Positions 9,736 through 20,418 of a DNA stretch of 64,000 nucleotides are shown here, in pieces (the stretch's first letter is position 1; every line of letters begins with the position of its first letter). Both the position numbers and the translations under genes were made by a program. Origin of the DNA: Methylobacterium sp. (GTDB lineage Bacteria; Pseudomonadota; Alphaproteobacteria; Rhizobiales; Beijerinckiaceae). The DNA is taken from NCBI RefSeq assembly GCF_028290105.1, contig NZ_JAQGKL010000098.1, positions 13,775 through 77,774 on the forward strand, written 5' to 3'. The notes under the pieces were generated by a model. The model did no database searches, was not told the DNA's origin, and saw nothing but the letters and a program-made list of their open reading frames with translations.

Positions 9736-10085
9736 GTGACATCTCCCCGAGCGGCTGGCGCCTCCTGAGAGGCGCCCATCTGGCGCAGGCGTAGCGCAGG
9801 ACCGTGACCATTTTCTTCACCAGCGGCGGCTTTCGCGCTTTCCCGGCCAGAACGGAGCGTGACGCCATGGAAAAACCCGCCTCGGCCGGAGCCTGGCGGG
9901 TTGGGATGTCGGTGAGGTGGGGGCGGTGTGCCCGCCCGAGGCCCGGGACCGCGTCGGGCGGGTCCAGGGCTGAGGAAAGGACTTCGCTAAGGGAAGGGAC
10001 TTCGTGGAGGGAGGGAGCCCGCGAAGGCCGCCGCTCACTCCCGTGGCGAGCCCCCGGCGGCCTCCCTCCAACGGGCCGGTTCCGA

Positions 10086-10355
10086 TCAGCAGCGGTTGCC
10101 GCCCGAGGTCTGGCCGTATTGCTGGACCGGGAAGTTCTGCTGGTTGGCGTTGCCCTCGGCGGCCGAGCTCATCGGGCAGCTGGAAGGATTGCGCGAATAA
10201 GCATCGCCGCGGACATCCAGCGATCCCGTCGTCTCGACCTCATAGGGCGAGAACGCGGTGTAGCGAGAGGGGCTGTCGTAGGCCATTGCGGACGAGATCG
10301 GAGCAACGCCAAGGACAAGGGCGGTGGCAAGAGCGGCGATACGGGTCTTGATCAT
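10086..10355 (-). CDS. small secreted protein
   Basis: Signal peptide ending AMA; RBS AGAGGAAG; two Cys, one of them the terminal residue. Confidence 0.75.
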   Translation of the reverse strand: MIKTRIAALATALVLGVAPISSAMAYDSPSRYTAFSPYEVETTGSLDVRGDAYSRNPSSCPMSSAAEGNANQQNFPVQQYGQTSGGNRC

Positions 10356-10500
10356 GGCTTCTGGCTTCCTCTACAGCACGAACCAAGTCGTTGGCTCGTT
10401 TCTCTCTGTCTGAAACCAATATGGGGTGCTGTTTCCATCCATGACGTGTCACGGGGCACATGGTGAGCCGGATTAAAGCCGGGTCCTGAAGCCTGGTTTG

Positions 10501-10935
10501 TCAGGCGCCCGAATAGGGCCCCCGGAATAGATCGCCCAAAGCCTTGCGACGGAACAAGGTAGACCAGCGTCTGCGCCGATGTTCGGGCCGGTCGTGGTTC
10601 ATGTGGCAGCGTTGGCAGAAGGCCGCGAGGTTGCGGGCGGCGTTGTTGGCCGTGTCATGGTCGCGGTGGGCGGCGGCCAGGACCACCCGCGTGGTGCGCA
10701 CGCGGCCCAGCACGTCGTCGGCGCCGATGGCGAGGCAGATGAAGCGCCCGGCGCCGTCGCGCCACGCGGCGGCCTGCGCGTCCCACCAGCGCCCGTCGCC
10801 GAGATGGAAGACGGTCTGCCCATGCGGCCGCCCGCAGACCTCGCAGCGGCCGCCCGCCCGCTGGAAGCGGATCACGGCCGAGAGCTCGGGCCAGTCGATG
10901 GGATAGAAGAAGCGGTGCTCGCGCCGGATGGGCAT
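10501..10935 (-). CDS. HNH-like zinc-binding protein
   Basis: MPIRRE..FFYPIDW; CEVC; AAAH.DHD..NN...NL.AFCQRCH. Confidence 0.8.
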   Translation of the reverse strand: MPIRREHRFFYPIDWPELSAVIRFQRAGGRCEVCGRPHGQTVFHLGDGRWWDAQAAAWRDGAGRFICLAIGADDVLGRVRTTRVVLAAAHRDHDTANNAARNLAAFCQRCHMNHDRPEHRRRRWSTLFRRKALGDLFRGPYSGA

Positions 10936-11292
10936 GGCCGCACCAGGCCACGGGCCCGGCCGTTTCCGCAAGTCCGGCGGCGACGGCGCGGCGCTGCGTT
11001 CTCGCGGCGCCACGGGCGGAAAAGCCTTTTCAGGACGATCGCAAATTATTCTTTTGCGGCGCACAAATTCGTTTTCAATGTCGTCCCGCGAGATTTTCTT
11101 GACGTGCGTGCAAAGCATGGCTCGACGATTGATTTCATCCACCTGCGCCCTGGGAGAATGCAATAGATCAGCGAGATAGTTCGCTTTCCGCATTATGGTG
11201 CGATGCAAAATGAGCACGTCGCGGCGCACAAAAGTGTGGTTCAATCTCCATCAACAGGCCCCCTCCCGGCGGCCTCATCCCGGAGATTTCCA

Positions 11293-11541
11293 ATGCGCGT
11301 TCCCACCCTCCTCGCCTCGGCCGTCCTCGCCCTCGCCACCCTCGGCACCGGCGCCGCCCTGGCCGGCGAGGCCCTCTACCTGACGCCTCCGCTGTTCCGC
11401 GAGCAGGCCCGCGAGACGCAGCAGGTGCATCGCTCGGGCGAACTGACCACGACACCGCAGCCGGTCGCTGCAACAAAGCCGAGCGTTGCATCCCGCGCCG
11501 TGCAGATTGTTGCAGACGCCGAAACGACCGCGTCCCGCTGA
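11293..11541 (+). CDS. small secreted protein
   Basis: RBS GGAG; signal peptide ending ALA. Confidence 0.7.
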   Translation: MRVPTLLASAVLALATLGTGAALAGEALYLTPPLFREQARETQQVHRSGELTTTPQPVAATKPSVASRAVQIVADAETTASR

Positions 11542-11555
11542 TCGGACGGGTCGCC

Positions 11556-12566
11556 TCAGAGGAATCCGGCGCCCGAGTGATCCTTGAAGGCGTTCGCCCG
11601 CCGGATGTATCCGACCACCGTGCGCGGGTCGCGGTGGCCCGACTGGTCCATGATGCGGGCGAGGTCCGCCCCGTACTCGGCCGCCGTGGTGATGTACCCG
11701 GCGCGCAGCGAATGGCCCCCGTAGGCCGAGGCATCCAGCCCGGCTAAGTGCGCGTAGCGCTTGACGATATTGGCCACCGCCTGGGACGTCAGGCGGCGAG
11801 GCGCCGCGCCGGTCAGGCCCCGCACGTGTCCCGAGCGCGACACCGGCCGGAACACCGGCCCCTCCACGATCCCGGCCGCATCGAGCCAGTCCCGCACCAG
11901 GGCCACCGGCCGGAGGAAGCGTCCGTGCGGGATGGTCTTCTCGAAGCCGCGCCCGTCCTGGTCCGTCTTCGAACGCCGCACCCGCACGCGCAGACCCTCC
12001 CGATCCGCTTCGAGGTCCCCTACGTCGAGGGCCACCAACTCTGAGCGCCGGAAAGCCCCCGCGAAGCCCAGTGCCAGCAGGGCCCTGTCGCGCTTGCCGG
12101 CCAGGGTGTCCTGCGTGCGCATCAGCATCCGGGCCAGCACCTCGGCGGTGGCGGCCGCCTTCTGCGCTGGTGCGACCCCGACCTTGCGCCGGATCCCCTC
12201 GAGCGTGGCGCGCACGCCTTCGTCATCCGTCGGGTCGGCTGCCCCTGCGAGCTTGTGCGCGTACCGGATCGCGGCGCAGCGCCGTCCGATGGTCGAGCTT
12301 GCCCGGCCGGCTTCTGCCTCGGAGACGAGGAACGCGGCGACGGATTCCGGAGACGCCGGCAGGGATGGGACGTCGCAGCGCCGGCACCATTCGCCGAACA
12401 AAGCCATGTCGGTCCGGTACGCCCTCACCGTGGCGTCCGCCTTGCTCGCACGCTGGTACGCCCGAACGATCGCCGCCATCTGGGTGGGGAGCCCGACGGC
12501 CTCCTCGACCAGGATTGGGAGCGGGCCGGTATCCGATTGCACGCCGCTCTCCGTGAGATTGGTCAT
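11556..12566 (-). CDS. tyrosine recombinase (Cre-like site-specific integrase)
   Basis: Intact catalytic set: AFRRSE (R), RSKTDQ (K), GHSLRAG (HxxR), SGH and VGYIR (Y); N-terminal SAM-like domain. Confidence 0.92.
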   Translation of the reverse strand: MTNLTESGVQSDTGPLPILVEEAVGLPTQMAAIVRAYQRASKADATVRAYRTDMALFGEWCRRCDVPSLPASPESVAAFLVSEAEAGRASSTIGRRCAAIRYAHKLAGAADPTDDEGVRATLEGIRRKVGVAPAQKAAATAEVLARMLMRTQDTLAGKRDRALLALGFAGAFRRSELVALDVGDLEADREGLRVRVRRSKTDQDGRGFEKTIPHGRFLRPVALVRDWLDAAGIVEGPVFRPVSRSGHVRGLTGAAPRRLTSQAVANIVKRYAHLAGLDASAYGGHSLRAGYITTAAEYGADLARIMDQSGHRDPRTVVGYIRRANAFKDHSGAGFL

Positions 12567-12889
12567 GGATTTCAGTCTGATCGAGAGCAAACCTGCAGCC
12601 GGACGTCCGAGACAAGGCGGTAGCGGACGAGCGCTCGAAGCTATGCCGCCGCTGCGGTCTTCGGCCAGGCGCCCGCGAGATCGCGAAGGCCGGTCCGCGC
12701 ATCCCATGACGCAGCTGATCCGGCAACGCGGTGTCATAACGATGCCGACTGATCTCACGCAAGACCAGCAAATGCCGCTTCGCGAAAGTCGGCGGCGGGT
12801 TATCACAGATTAATGGGACACGTCATCTTCGATGATAGTGACGATGATACGCAACCGGAACCGGAACCAAAGGGCATCGCAGGTTGGGT

Positions 12890-12907
12890 TTCAATCCGCC
12901 GATTGAA
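12890..12907. promoter_or_regulatory. palindrome TTCAATC-N4-GATTGAA upstream of ugd
   Basis: Perfect 7-bp inverted repeat about 55 bp before the ugd start. Confidence 0.4.
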
Positions 12908-12961
12908 CTCCCATGACCTTTGTTTCAGAAGGAAAAACGCTGTCATCGGAGAGGTTGATAC

Positions 12962-14275
12962 GTGCGTATCGCGGTTATCGGTTCGGGTTACGTGGGCCTG
13001 GTGTCGGGCACGTGCTTTGCGGATTTCGGGCACAGCGTGGTCTGCGTCGACAAGGACCCGGCCAAGATCGAGGCGCTGAAGGCCGGGCGCATGCCGATCT
13101 ACGAGCCGGGGCTCGAGGCGCTGGTCGCCGAGAACGTGCGCCAGGAGCGCCTGAGCTTCACCACCGAGTTCACCCCCGCCGTCGCCGGGGCCGACGCCGT
13201 CTTCATCGCGGTGGGCACACCTTCCCGGCGCGGGGACGGCTTTGCCGACCTCACCTACGTCTTCGCCGCAGCCAAGGAGATCGCCGCCGCGCTCACCGGC
13301 TTCACCGTCGTGGTCACCAAGTCCACCGTGCCGGTGGGCACCGGCGACGAGGTCGAGCGCATCATCCGCGAGACCAACCCGGACGCCGAGGTCGCGGTGG
13401 TCTCCAACCCCGAGTTCCTGCGGGAAGGCGCCGCCATCGACGACTTCAAGCGCCCCGACCGCATCGTCGTCGGCACCGAGGACGAGCGCGCGGAGGCGGT
13501 CATGCGCGAGATCTACCGGCCGCTCTACCTCAACCAGGCTCCGATCCTGGTGACGGACCGGCGTACCGCCGAGCTGACCAAGTACGCCGCCAACGCCTTC
13601 CTGGCCACCAAGATCACCTTCATCAACGAGATCGCGGACCTGTGCGAGCAGGTCGGCGCCAACGTGCAGCAGGTCGCCCGCGGCATCGGCCTCGACAACC
13701 GCATCGGCGCCAAGTTCCTCCACGCCGGCCCCGGCTACGGCGGCTCCTGCTTTCCCAAGGACACCCTGGCCCTCGTCAAGACCGCCCAGGACGCCGGCAC
13801 CCCGGTGCGCCTCGTCGAGACCGTCGTGGCAGTCAACGACCAGCGCAAACGCGCCATGGCCCGCAAGGTCATCCTGGCCTGCGGCGGATCCGTGCGGGGC
13901 AAGACCATCGCCATCCTGGGCCTGACCTTCAAGCCCAACACCGACGACATGCGCGACGCCCCCGCGCTCTCCATCATCACAGGCCTCCAGGACGCAGGCG
14001 CCGCCATCCGGGCCTACGACCCCGAGGGCATGGCCGCCGCCAGGCCCCTCCTCTCGGACGTGACCTACGCCAGCGACGCCTACGATTGCGCCGACGGCGC
14101 CGACGCCATCGTCATCGTCACCGAATGGAACGCCTTCCGCGCCCTCGACTTCGCCCGCCTGCGCCAGACCATGAACGCACCCGTCATGGTCGACCTGCGC
14201 AATGTCTACAGCCGCGCCGTCACGGAGCGGCACGGATTTTCCTACACCGGGATCGGCACCGTGGCCGCGCGATGA
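12962..14275 (+). CDS. ugd: UDP-glucose 6-dehydrogenase
   Basis: [29 protein letters not shown] and FKPNTDDMR. Confidence 0.96.
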   Translation: MRIAVIGSGYVGLVSGTCFADFGHSVVCVDKDPAKIEALKAGRMPIYEPGLEALVAENVRQERLSFTTEFTPAVAGADAVFIAVGTPSRRGDGFADLTYVFAAAKEIAAALTGFTVVVTKSTVPVGTGDEVERIIRETNPDAEVAVVSNPEFLREGAAIDDFKRPDRIVVGTEDERAEAVMREIYRPLYLNQAPILVTDRRTAELTKYAANAFLATKITFINEIADLCEQVGANVQQVARGIGLDNRIGAKFLHAGPGYGGSCFPKDTLALVKTAQDAGTPVRLVETVVAVNDQRKRAMARKVILACGGSVRGKTIAILGLTFKPNTDDMRDAPALSIITGLQDAGAAIRAYDPEGMAAARPLLSDVTYASDAYDCADGADAIVIVTEWNAFRALDFARLRQTMNAPVMVDLRNVYSRAVTERHGFSYTGIGTVAAR

Positions 14276-15279
14276 CCGGATCCGGCCGCGCCTTCGGGTG
14301 GCCGGATCAACACCTTGGGAAGCACACCGTGCGCTACGGAAACACGAAGAAGATCCTCGTCACGGGCGGCGCCGGCTTCCTGGGATCCCACCTGTGTGAG
14401 CGGCTGCTGGACCAGGGCCACGAAGTGCTCTGTGTCGACAACTTCTTCACGGGGACGCGGCGCAACGTGGCCCACCTGCTCGGAGAGCCACGCTTCGAGC
14501 TGATGCGCCACGACGTGACCTTTCCGCTCTACGTCGAGGTGGACGAGATCTACAACCTCGCCTGTCCGGCCTCCCCGGTGCATTATCAATTCGATCCCGT
14601 GCAGACGGCCAAGACCAGCGTCATCGGTGCCATCAACATGCTGGGCCTCGCCAAGCGTCTGAAGGCGAAGGTGTTTCAGGCTTCGACCTCGGAAGTCTAC
14701 GGCGATCCCGAGGTGCATCCGCAGCCCGAGGCGTATTGGGGCAGGGTCAACCCGATCGGGTACCGGTCCTGCTACGACGAGGGCAAGCGCTGCGCCGAAA
14801 CGCTGTTCTTCGATTACCACCGCCAGCACGGCATCCCCATCAAGGTGGCGCGCATCTTCAACACCTATGGCCCGCGCATGCACCCCAACGACGGCCGCGT
14901 CGTCTCGAACCTCGTGCTCCAGGCCCTGCGCAACGAGGACATCACGCTCTACGGCGACGGCTCGCAGACCCGCTCCTTCTGCTACGTCGACGACTTGATC
15001 GAGGGCTTCCTGCGCCTGATGGAGACGGATGCGACCGTCACCGGCCCGATCAACATCGGAAATCCCGGTGAGTTCACCATCCGGCAGCTCGCCGAACTGG
15101 TGGTCGAGCTGACCGGCTCGCGCTCCGAGATGGTTTTCCGGCCGTTACCGCCGGACGACCCGCGCCAGCGCAGGCCGGACATCACCCAGGCGAGAGCCGT
15201 CCTCGATTGGGAGCCGACCATCCCGCTGCGCGAGGGATTGCGGAAGACGATCGCGTACTTCGAGAAAAGCCTAGGCTGA
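14272..15279 (+). CDS. uxs: UDP-glucuronate decarboxylase (UDP-xylose synthase)
   Basis: [36 protein letters not shown] and NTYGPRM; ATGA overlap with ugd. Confidence 0.92.
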   Translation: MTGSGRAFGWPDQHLGKHTVRYGNTKKILVTGGAGFLGSHLCERLLDQGHEVLCVDNFFTGTRRNVAHLLGEPRFELMRHDVTFPLYVEVDEIYNLACPASPVHYQFDPVQTAKTSVIGAINMLGLAKRLKAKVFQASTSEVYGDPEVHPQPEAYWGRVNPIGYRSCYDEGKRCAETLFFDYHRQHGIPIKVARIFNTYGPRMHPNDGRVVSNLVLQALRNEDITLYGDGSQTRSFCYVDDLIEGFLRLMETDATVTGPINIGNPGEFTIRQLAELVVELTGSRSEMVFRPLPPDDPRQRRPDITQARAVLDWEPTIPLREGLRKTIAYFEKSLG

Positions 15280-15404
15280 TCGCCGTCGATGTGATGTTGG
15301 CGTCGACACGGCGACGGACCCAGCGCGCGCGAAAAGGTCTTCCTTAACCAAAACGGCTCTATGCCGGGGGCGTTCGTCCTCCGGTATCCACGAGTCGCCG
15401 CCCC

Positions 15405-16919
15405 ATGAGCCAACACACGGAAACGCTCGTGATCGGCGCCGGTCCGGCCGGCCTCACCGCCGCCTACCTGCTTGCCAAGGCGGGCCGCTCCGTCGCGGTC
15501 CTGGAGCGAGACCCCGTGCAGGTCGGCGGGATCAGCCGCACCGTGTCGCACAACGGCTACCTGTTCGACATCGGCGGCCATCGCTTCTTCTCGAAGTCGA
15601 AGGCGGTTGTCGATCTCTGGGACGAACTCCTGCCTGACGATTTCATCGAGCGGCCGCGCCTGTCGCGGATCTTCTACAAGGGCAAGTACTACGCCTACCC
15701 CCTCAAGGCCTTCGAGGCCCTGCGCAACCTCGGCCTTCTCGAGAGCGCGGCCTGCGTCGCGTCGTATCTTTATGCCCGCGCGCGGCCCATCGCCGAGCCG
15801 AAGAGCTTCCACGATTGGGTCCGCAACCGCTTCGGCGAGCGCCTGTTCTCGATCTTCTTCAAGACCTACACCGAGAAGGTCTGGGGCATGTCCTGCGACG
15901 CCATCTCGGCGGATTGGGCGGCCCAGCGCATCAATGGCCTCGACCTCGGCGCCGCGATCCGCGACGCGCTCGTGCGCTCGCTCGGCCTGCGCCGCGCGCC
16001 GCGCGCCGGCGAACCCGTGATCAAGACGCTGATCGAATCCTTCCGCTACCCCCGCAAGGGGCCGGGCATGATGTGGGAGGCCGCCGCCGCCAAGGTCGTC
16101 GCCAGGGGCGGCAGCCTGCACCTCGACCGGGGCGTGGACGGCCTGCACTTCGACGCCAGGACGGGGCTCTGGACCGTGACCGCCAAGGGCGGCGACGGTA
16201 CGCGCGAGACCTTCACCGCCCGCAACGTGATCTCGTCGGCGCCCCTGCGCGAACTCGTCGGCGCCATCACCCCGACTCCGATCAGCACCTTCCAGGCCCG
16301 CGCCCTGCAGTACCGAGACTTCCTCACCGTGGCGCTGATCGCCCGCTCGACGAAGGATTTTCCCGACAACTGGATCTACATCCACGATCCCTCCGTGCAG
16401 GTGGGGCGCGTGCAGAACTTCCGCTCGTGGTCGCCCGAGATGGTGCCGCACGACGACCACACCTGCCTCGGGCTCGAATATTTCTGCTTCGAGGGCGACG
16501 GCCTCTGGACCGCGTCCGACGCCGACCTCATCGCGCTGGCCAAGCGCGAGATCGGCCGGATCGGGCTCATCCGGCCCGAGGACGTGGTCGATGCCTGCGT
16601 GGTGCGCCAGCCCAAGGCCTATCCGGTCTATGACGCCGACTACAAGGCGCATGTCGCCACCGTGCGACGCGACCTCGAGCACGCCTACCCGAGCCTGCAC
16701 CTCGTCGGGCGCAACGGCATGCACAAGTACAACAACCAGGACCACGCGATGATGACCGCGATGCTCTCCGTGGAGAACATCCTCGCGGGCGAGCGCCGCT
16801 ACGATCCCTGGTGCGTGAACGAGGACGCGGAATACACCGAGGCCGGCGTCTCGGGCGCGGCCGGGGCGCTGACGAGCGAGCGCCAGGTTCCGTCCCAAGT
16901 TCCGCGCCGGGCCGCCTGA
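15405..16919 (+). CDS. FAD-dependent oxidoreductase, UDP-pyranose-mutase-like
   Basis: GAGPAG FAD motif, DIGGHRFF, AYPVY and GRNGMHKYNNQDH. Confidence 0.85.
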   Translation: MSQHTETLVIGAGPAGLTAAYLLAKAGRSVAVLERDPVQVGGISRTVSHNGYLFDIGGHRFFSKSKAVVDLWDELLPDDFIERPRLSRIFYKGKYYAYPLKAFEALRNLGLLESAACVASYLYARARPIAEPKSFHDWVRNRFGERLFSIFFKTYTEKVWGMSCDAISADWAAQRINGLDLGAAIRDALVRSLGLRRAPRAGEPVIKTLIESFRYPRKGPGMMWEAAAAKVVARGGSLHLDRGVDGLHFDARTGLWTVTAKGGDGTRETFTARNVISSAPLRELVGAITPTPISTFQARALQYRDFLTVALIARSTKDFPDNWIYIHDPSVQVGRVQNFRSWSPEMVPHDDHTCLGLEYFCFEGDGLWTASDADLIALAKREIGRIGLIRPEDVVDACVVRQPKAYPVYDADYKAHVATVRRDLEHAYPSLHLVGRNGMHKYNNQDHAMMTAMLSVENILAGERRYDPWCVNEDAEYTEAGVSGAAGALTSERQVPSQVPRRAA

Positions 16920-16955
16920 GGACGGCCGGACGCGATCGAGCGAGGGGAGGACGCG

Positions 16956-18908
16956 ATGGCGCAGGCGGGATCGCCCGTGCAGGCTTCGCGCCTGCCTGAA
17001 ATCCCCTCGGCCGCCGCGAGCGAGGGTGTCGCCGGCTCCCAGGGCAAGCTCTGGCTGGGCCTGGGAGCCGCGGGGCTGCTCCTGCTGATGCATCCCTATC
17101 GGGGCATCTTCGGGGATGCGCGCCTCTATGTCGGGCGGGCGCTGGCGGACCTCGACCCGGCTGGGATCGGGCGCGACCTCATGTTCGTCCATGACGGGCA
17201 GTCGCGCTTCAGCCTGTTCCCCCTCATCCTGCGCTGGCTCGTCGCGAGTCTCGGGCCCGCCGATGCGGCCCTCGCCCTGAGCCTGCTCGGAATGGGCGCC
17301 TGGTTCTGCGGGGCCTACGCGCTGGCGGCCAGCCTTGCCGCCGGACGCGGGCGCTGGATCGTCCTCGCCGCTCTGGTGGTCCTGCCGGCCTGCTACGGCT
17401 ATCCGGGCGTGTTCCGGGTGGGCGAGGCACTGGCCACGCCCCGGACGCTCGCGGAGGCCGCCGTCCTCGGGAGCCTGGCCGCCTACCTCGCTCGCCGCGT
17501 GCGGCTCTGCGGCGGCCTGGCGATCCTCGCATGCCTCGTCCACCCGATCATGGGGCTGGCGGGACTCGCCGTGCTCGCCCTCGTCCTCGTGGCATCGGAT
17601 CGCCGCTGGCTGGCGGCCCTGGCGGCGCTGCCGATCGGGACGCTTGCCGCCGCCGCCCTCGGAGTGCCGCTGTTCGACCGCCTGCTCACCGGGCTCGATC
17701 CCGAATTCTCGGCCATCCTGCGCCTGCGCTGCGCCGAATTGTTTCCCTCCTTCTGGCCGGCGACCGCCTGGACTCCGCTTCTGGTGCAAGGCGCGTCGAT
17801 CCTCGTCGCCGGCTCCCGGCTGGCGCCGGCGGCGCGGCGCGTCCTCGCCGCCGCGCTCCTGGCGGGCGGTCTCGGTGCTGCCGTCTCGGCCCTGTTCGGC
17901 GATTCCTGGCCATCGCTCCTCATCGTGCAGCTTCAGCCCTGGCGTTTCCTCTGGCTCACCGCCGTCGTCGGGGCCGCCGCCTTCGGGCTTTGCGCGGCCG
18001 CTTTCTGGCGGGGCACGCCGGGCGAGCGGATCACCCTGGCCCTGCTGGCACTCGGATGGGTGTTTTCGGACGACCTCGTCATCGCGGCGGGGGCAGCCGG
18101 CCTGGCGCTTGCCGCCCATGCGCTCCTGCGCCCGGGCCGCATCACCCCCACCTCACGGGTGATGCTGTTCGGCGGGGTGCTGGTCGGCCTGCTCGTCGCG
18201 GGCCGGATGGCCGTCGAGGTCTCGGCGCTGGCCTGGCTGCTGGCCCGTCGCGCGGAGGGGGCACAAGCCGGGCTCGGTACGATCCGGAACTTCTCCGTGG
18301 TGCTGCCCCTGGCGATCCTCGCCGGGCTCGCCTGGACTCGGGCTTCCCGGCATGTCGCGTCGCGGGTCTTCGCCGCGCTCGCCCTCGTCCTCGCCCTCGC
18401 GACGTTCTGGGACGAGCGCTCCGCGACGGCGCGCCAGATCGAGCGCCGCGTCGCGCTGCCCGACCTCGCCGCGGCGGTCGCGTCCCGGCCGGGCGAGGTG
18501 CTCTGGCTCGACGGCGAGGCGGAGGCTTGGCTCGTCCTCGGACGCGCGAACTGGATCACCAACCTGCAGGGCGCCAGCATCGTGTTCTCGCGGCCCCTCG
18601 CGGCCGCTTGGTCCGAGCGCATGAACCGCCTGATCGCGGGGGGACTCGCCTCCGAGATCGACCGCGCGCCCTTCCACCCGGCCGGCCCCCGGCGCCTCGA
18701 CGCTCCGCCGGCTGGGACGATCGCCGACCTCTGCGCCGATCCGGATGCTCCGGCCTGGATCGTGGTGCCCCTGCGCGAAGGGCAGACTCTGTCTGGAAGC
18801 GTCGGGACCTTTCCCCTGCCGGCGCCGCTGACGAAATCCATCGATCTGGCCGAGGGGATCGCCTGGCAGCGCATCGTCGCCTACGGGCTGCTGGCCTGCC
18901 GCCCCTGA
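16956..18908 (+). CDS. polytopic membrane protein (possible GT-C glycosyltransferase)
   Basis: >12 hydrophobic segments, acidic first loop (GDARLY..D..FVHD), soluble C-terminal domain; follows the sugar-nucleotide genes. Confidence 0.75.
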   Translation: MAQAGSPVQASRLPEIPSAAASEGVAGSQGKLWLGLGAAGLLLLMHPYRGIFGDARLYVGRALADLDPAGIGRDLMFVHDGQSRFSLFPLILRWLVASLGPADAALALSLLGMGAWFCGAYALAASLAAGRGRWIVLAALVVLPACYGYPGVFRVGEALATPRTLAEAAVLGSLAAYLARRVRLCGGLAILACLVHPIMGLAGLAVLALVLVASDRRWLAALAALPIGTLAAAALGVPLFDRLLTGLDPEFSAILRLRCAELFPSFWPATAWTPLLVQGASILVAGSRLAPAARRVLAAALLAGGLGAAVSALFGDSWPSLLIVQLQPWRFLWLTAVVGAAAFGLCAAAFWRGTPGERITLALLALGWVFSDDLVIAAGAAGLALAAHALLRPGRITPTSRVMLFGGVLVGLLVAGRMAVEVSALAWLLARRAEGAQAGLGTIRNFSVVLPLAILAGLAWTRASRHVASRVFAALALVLALATFWDERSATARQIERRVALPDLAAAVASRPGEVLWLDGEAEAWLVLGRANWITNLQGASIVFSRPLAAAWSERMNRLIAGGLASEIDRAPFHPAGPRRLDAPPAGTIADLCADPDAPAWIVVPLREGQTLSGSVGTFPLPAPLTKSIDLAEGIAWQRIVAYGLLACRP

Positions 18909-18911
18909 GGT

Positions 18912-19625
18912 TCAGGGCCGCAGCAGGACGATCAGGGCGCAGAGCGCCGCGATGGGGATCGCGAGGCACCCGAACGACCAGGCCGCGACCCCGAAGGCAC
19001 CCGCCAGCGCGCCGACCGCGAAGGCGAGCACCGCCGGCAGCATCCGGCGCATCCGGGTGCGGGCGGGCCCGTCCGGCGCGACTGTCCCGCGTGCCCAGTC
19101 GACGAGATCGATCACCGCCTGGGTGACGTTGACGGTCATCACCGTGGTGGCGGCCAGATGCGGCAGGCCGAGGCGGCCGATGGCGTTCTGCACCCCCATC
19201 GCCGCCACCCCCAGCATGCCGACCGAGACCGCCGCGACGCCGTCGGGCGAGCCGAGCGGCCGACACGCGAGGCCGGCGAGGCAGAACCCGGCGAGCAGCA
19301 GGACTTCGAGACCCAGCAGCCAGCGCAAGGGCGCCCTGCCGCGTCGCTCCAGCGCCAGCGCCAACAGGCGCGTTCCCGCCACCGCCAGCACGAAGGCCGG
19401 CAGGGCCAGGAGCTTGGCGACGACGCCGGACGAGGTCGTGACGAGTTCGGCCCCGATCAGCACGAAATTGCCCGTCACATGCGCGGTGAACAGGCCGGCG
19501 AGCGCGATGAAGGCCGCCGCGTCGACGAAGCCCGCCACGAAGGCGAGACCCGTGCCGGCGAAGAGATCCGTGTCGAAGGCGGCTGGTCCCGCGTCGCGCG
19601 CGTCCGAGCTTCGTGTCTGTGCCAT
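18912..19625 (-). CDS. YoaK/DUF1275 family membrane protein
   Basis: AFVAGFVDA..F..L.GLFTAHVTGN; AMGVQN; TTVMT.N. Confidence 0.88.
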   Translation of the reverse strand: MAQTRSSDARDAGPAAFDTDLFAGTGLAFVAGFVDAAAFIALAGLFTAHVTGNFVLIGAELVTTSSGVVAKLLALPAFVLAVAGTRLLALALERRGRAPLRWLLGLEVLLLAGFCLAGLACRPLGSPDGVAAVSVGMLGVAAMGVQNAIGRLGLPHLAATTVMTVNVTQAVIDLVDWARGTVAPDGPARTRMRRMLPAVLAFAVGALAGAFGVAAWSFGCLAIPIAALCALIVLLRP

Positions 19626-19743
19626 CTTGGTCTGCCCGGTGGACGGAACGCGGAGTGGCGGCTTCTCTGGCGCAAAGTATTCGGAAGCGAAAGCGCTCGA
19701 TGTCGCAGCCGGTGCGAAAGCGTGCGGCTGTTGCAGACGGACA

Positions 19744-19768
19744 TGAACCGCCGGCGGGGCCGATCGTT
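19744..19768 (+). promoter_or_regulatory. putative sigmaEcfG promoter (near-leaderless transcript)
   Basis: TGAAC-N16-CGTT ending 8 nt before ATG 19777. Confidence 0.4.
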
Positions 19769-19776
19769 GTGTCGTC

Positions 19777-20022
19777 ATGACCAACGCCGCAGCCGACACG
19801 ACCACCGCCGCCCTCGCACAGGCCCGCCACCGCGAACTCGCGATCGAGCACCTGCTGTTCGGAACGATCCGGTTCCTTGCCCGGGAAAACCCGGATCTGC
19901 TGGCGATCCTGGAATCCAGCCTCGATCACCTTTGGGACAAGGCCGACGACGGCACCCGCGACGACGAGGCCGTCCGCGACGTGGCCCGCCGCTTCCTCAA
20001 GAGCCTGCAGGCCGAGCGCTAG
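19777..20022 (+). CDS. small hypothetical protein
   Basis: 81 aa with strong GC3 codon bias. Confidence 0.7.
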   Translation: MTNAAADTTTAALAQARHRELAIEHLLFGTIRFLARENPDLLAILESSLDHLWDKADDGTRDDEAVRDVARRFLKSLQAER

Positions 20023-20097
20023 CCCGGCAACCACCGCATCCCCATCCACCGGAGGCGACCGGACCAAGGGTCGCTTCCCTCATCGCAGGAGGTTTCC

Positions 20098-20370
20098 ATG
20101 TCAACATCGCTCATTCGCAGCACACTCGCGGCGGCACTGTTCGTCGGCCTGTCCGGCGCTGCCCTGGCACGCGGCGGCGGCAGCAGCGGCGATGGCCTGT
20201 CGCCCTATTCCGCGCTGAGCGGCAACGATCGCTCCGCGGGCGTCAACAACGGCAATTACCGCGCGCCCGAACTCGACCCCTATCTCGGCGCCTACGAGGG
20301 CCGCCGCGAACGCCCGGTGCGGGACCGGTACCGTCCGAGCCGGCAGCCCTATTACGGCCATCCCTATTGA
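20098..20370 (+). CDS. small secreted protein
   Basis: RBS AGGAGG; signal peptide ending ALA; Y/R/P-rich. Confidence 0.75.
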   Translation: MSTSLIRSTLAAALFVGLSGAALARGGGSSGDGLSPYSALSGNDRSAGVNNGNYRAPELDPYLGAYEGRRERPVRDRYRPSRQPYYGHPY

Positions 20371-20418
20371 TCGCCCCGGTAAGCCGGCGGTGAACGCCAT
20401 CGACCGGGGCGGACGCGC

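Noticed and set aside
11556-12566. This recombinase as the integrase of the tRNA-Thr island
   Set aside because: It is 32 kb away and Cre-like rather than a typical tRNA-targeting integrase; no att-like sequence near it
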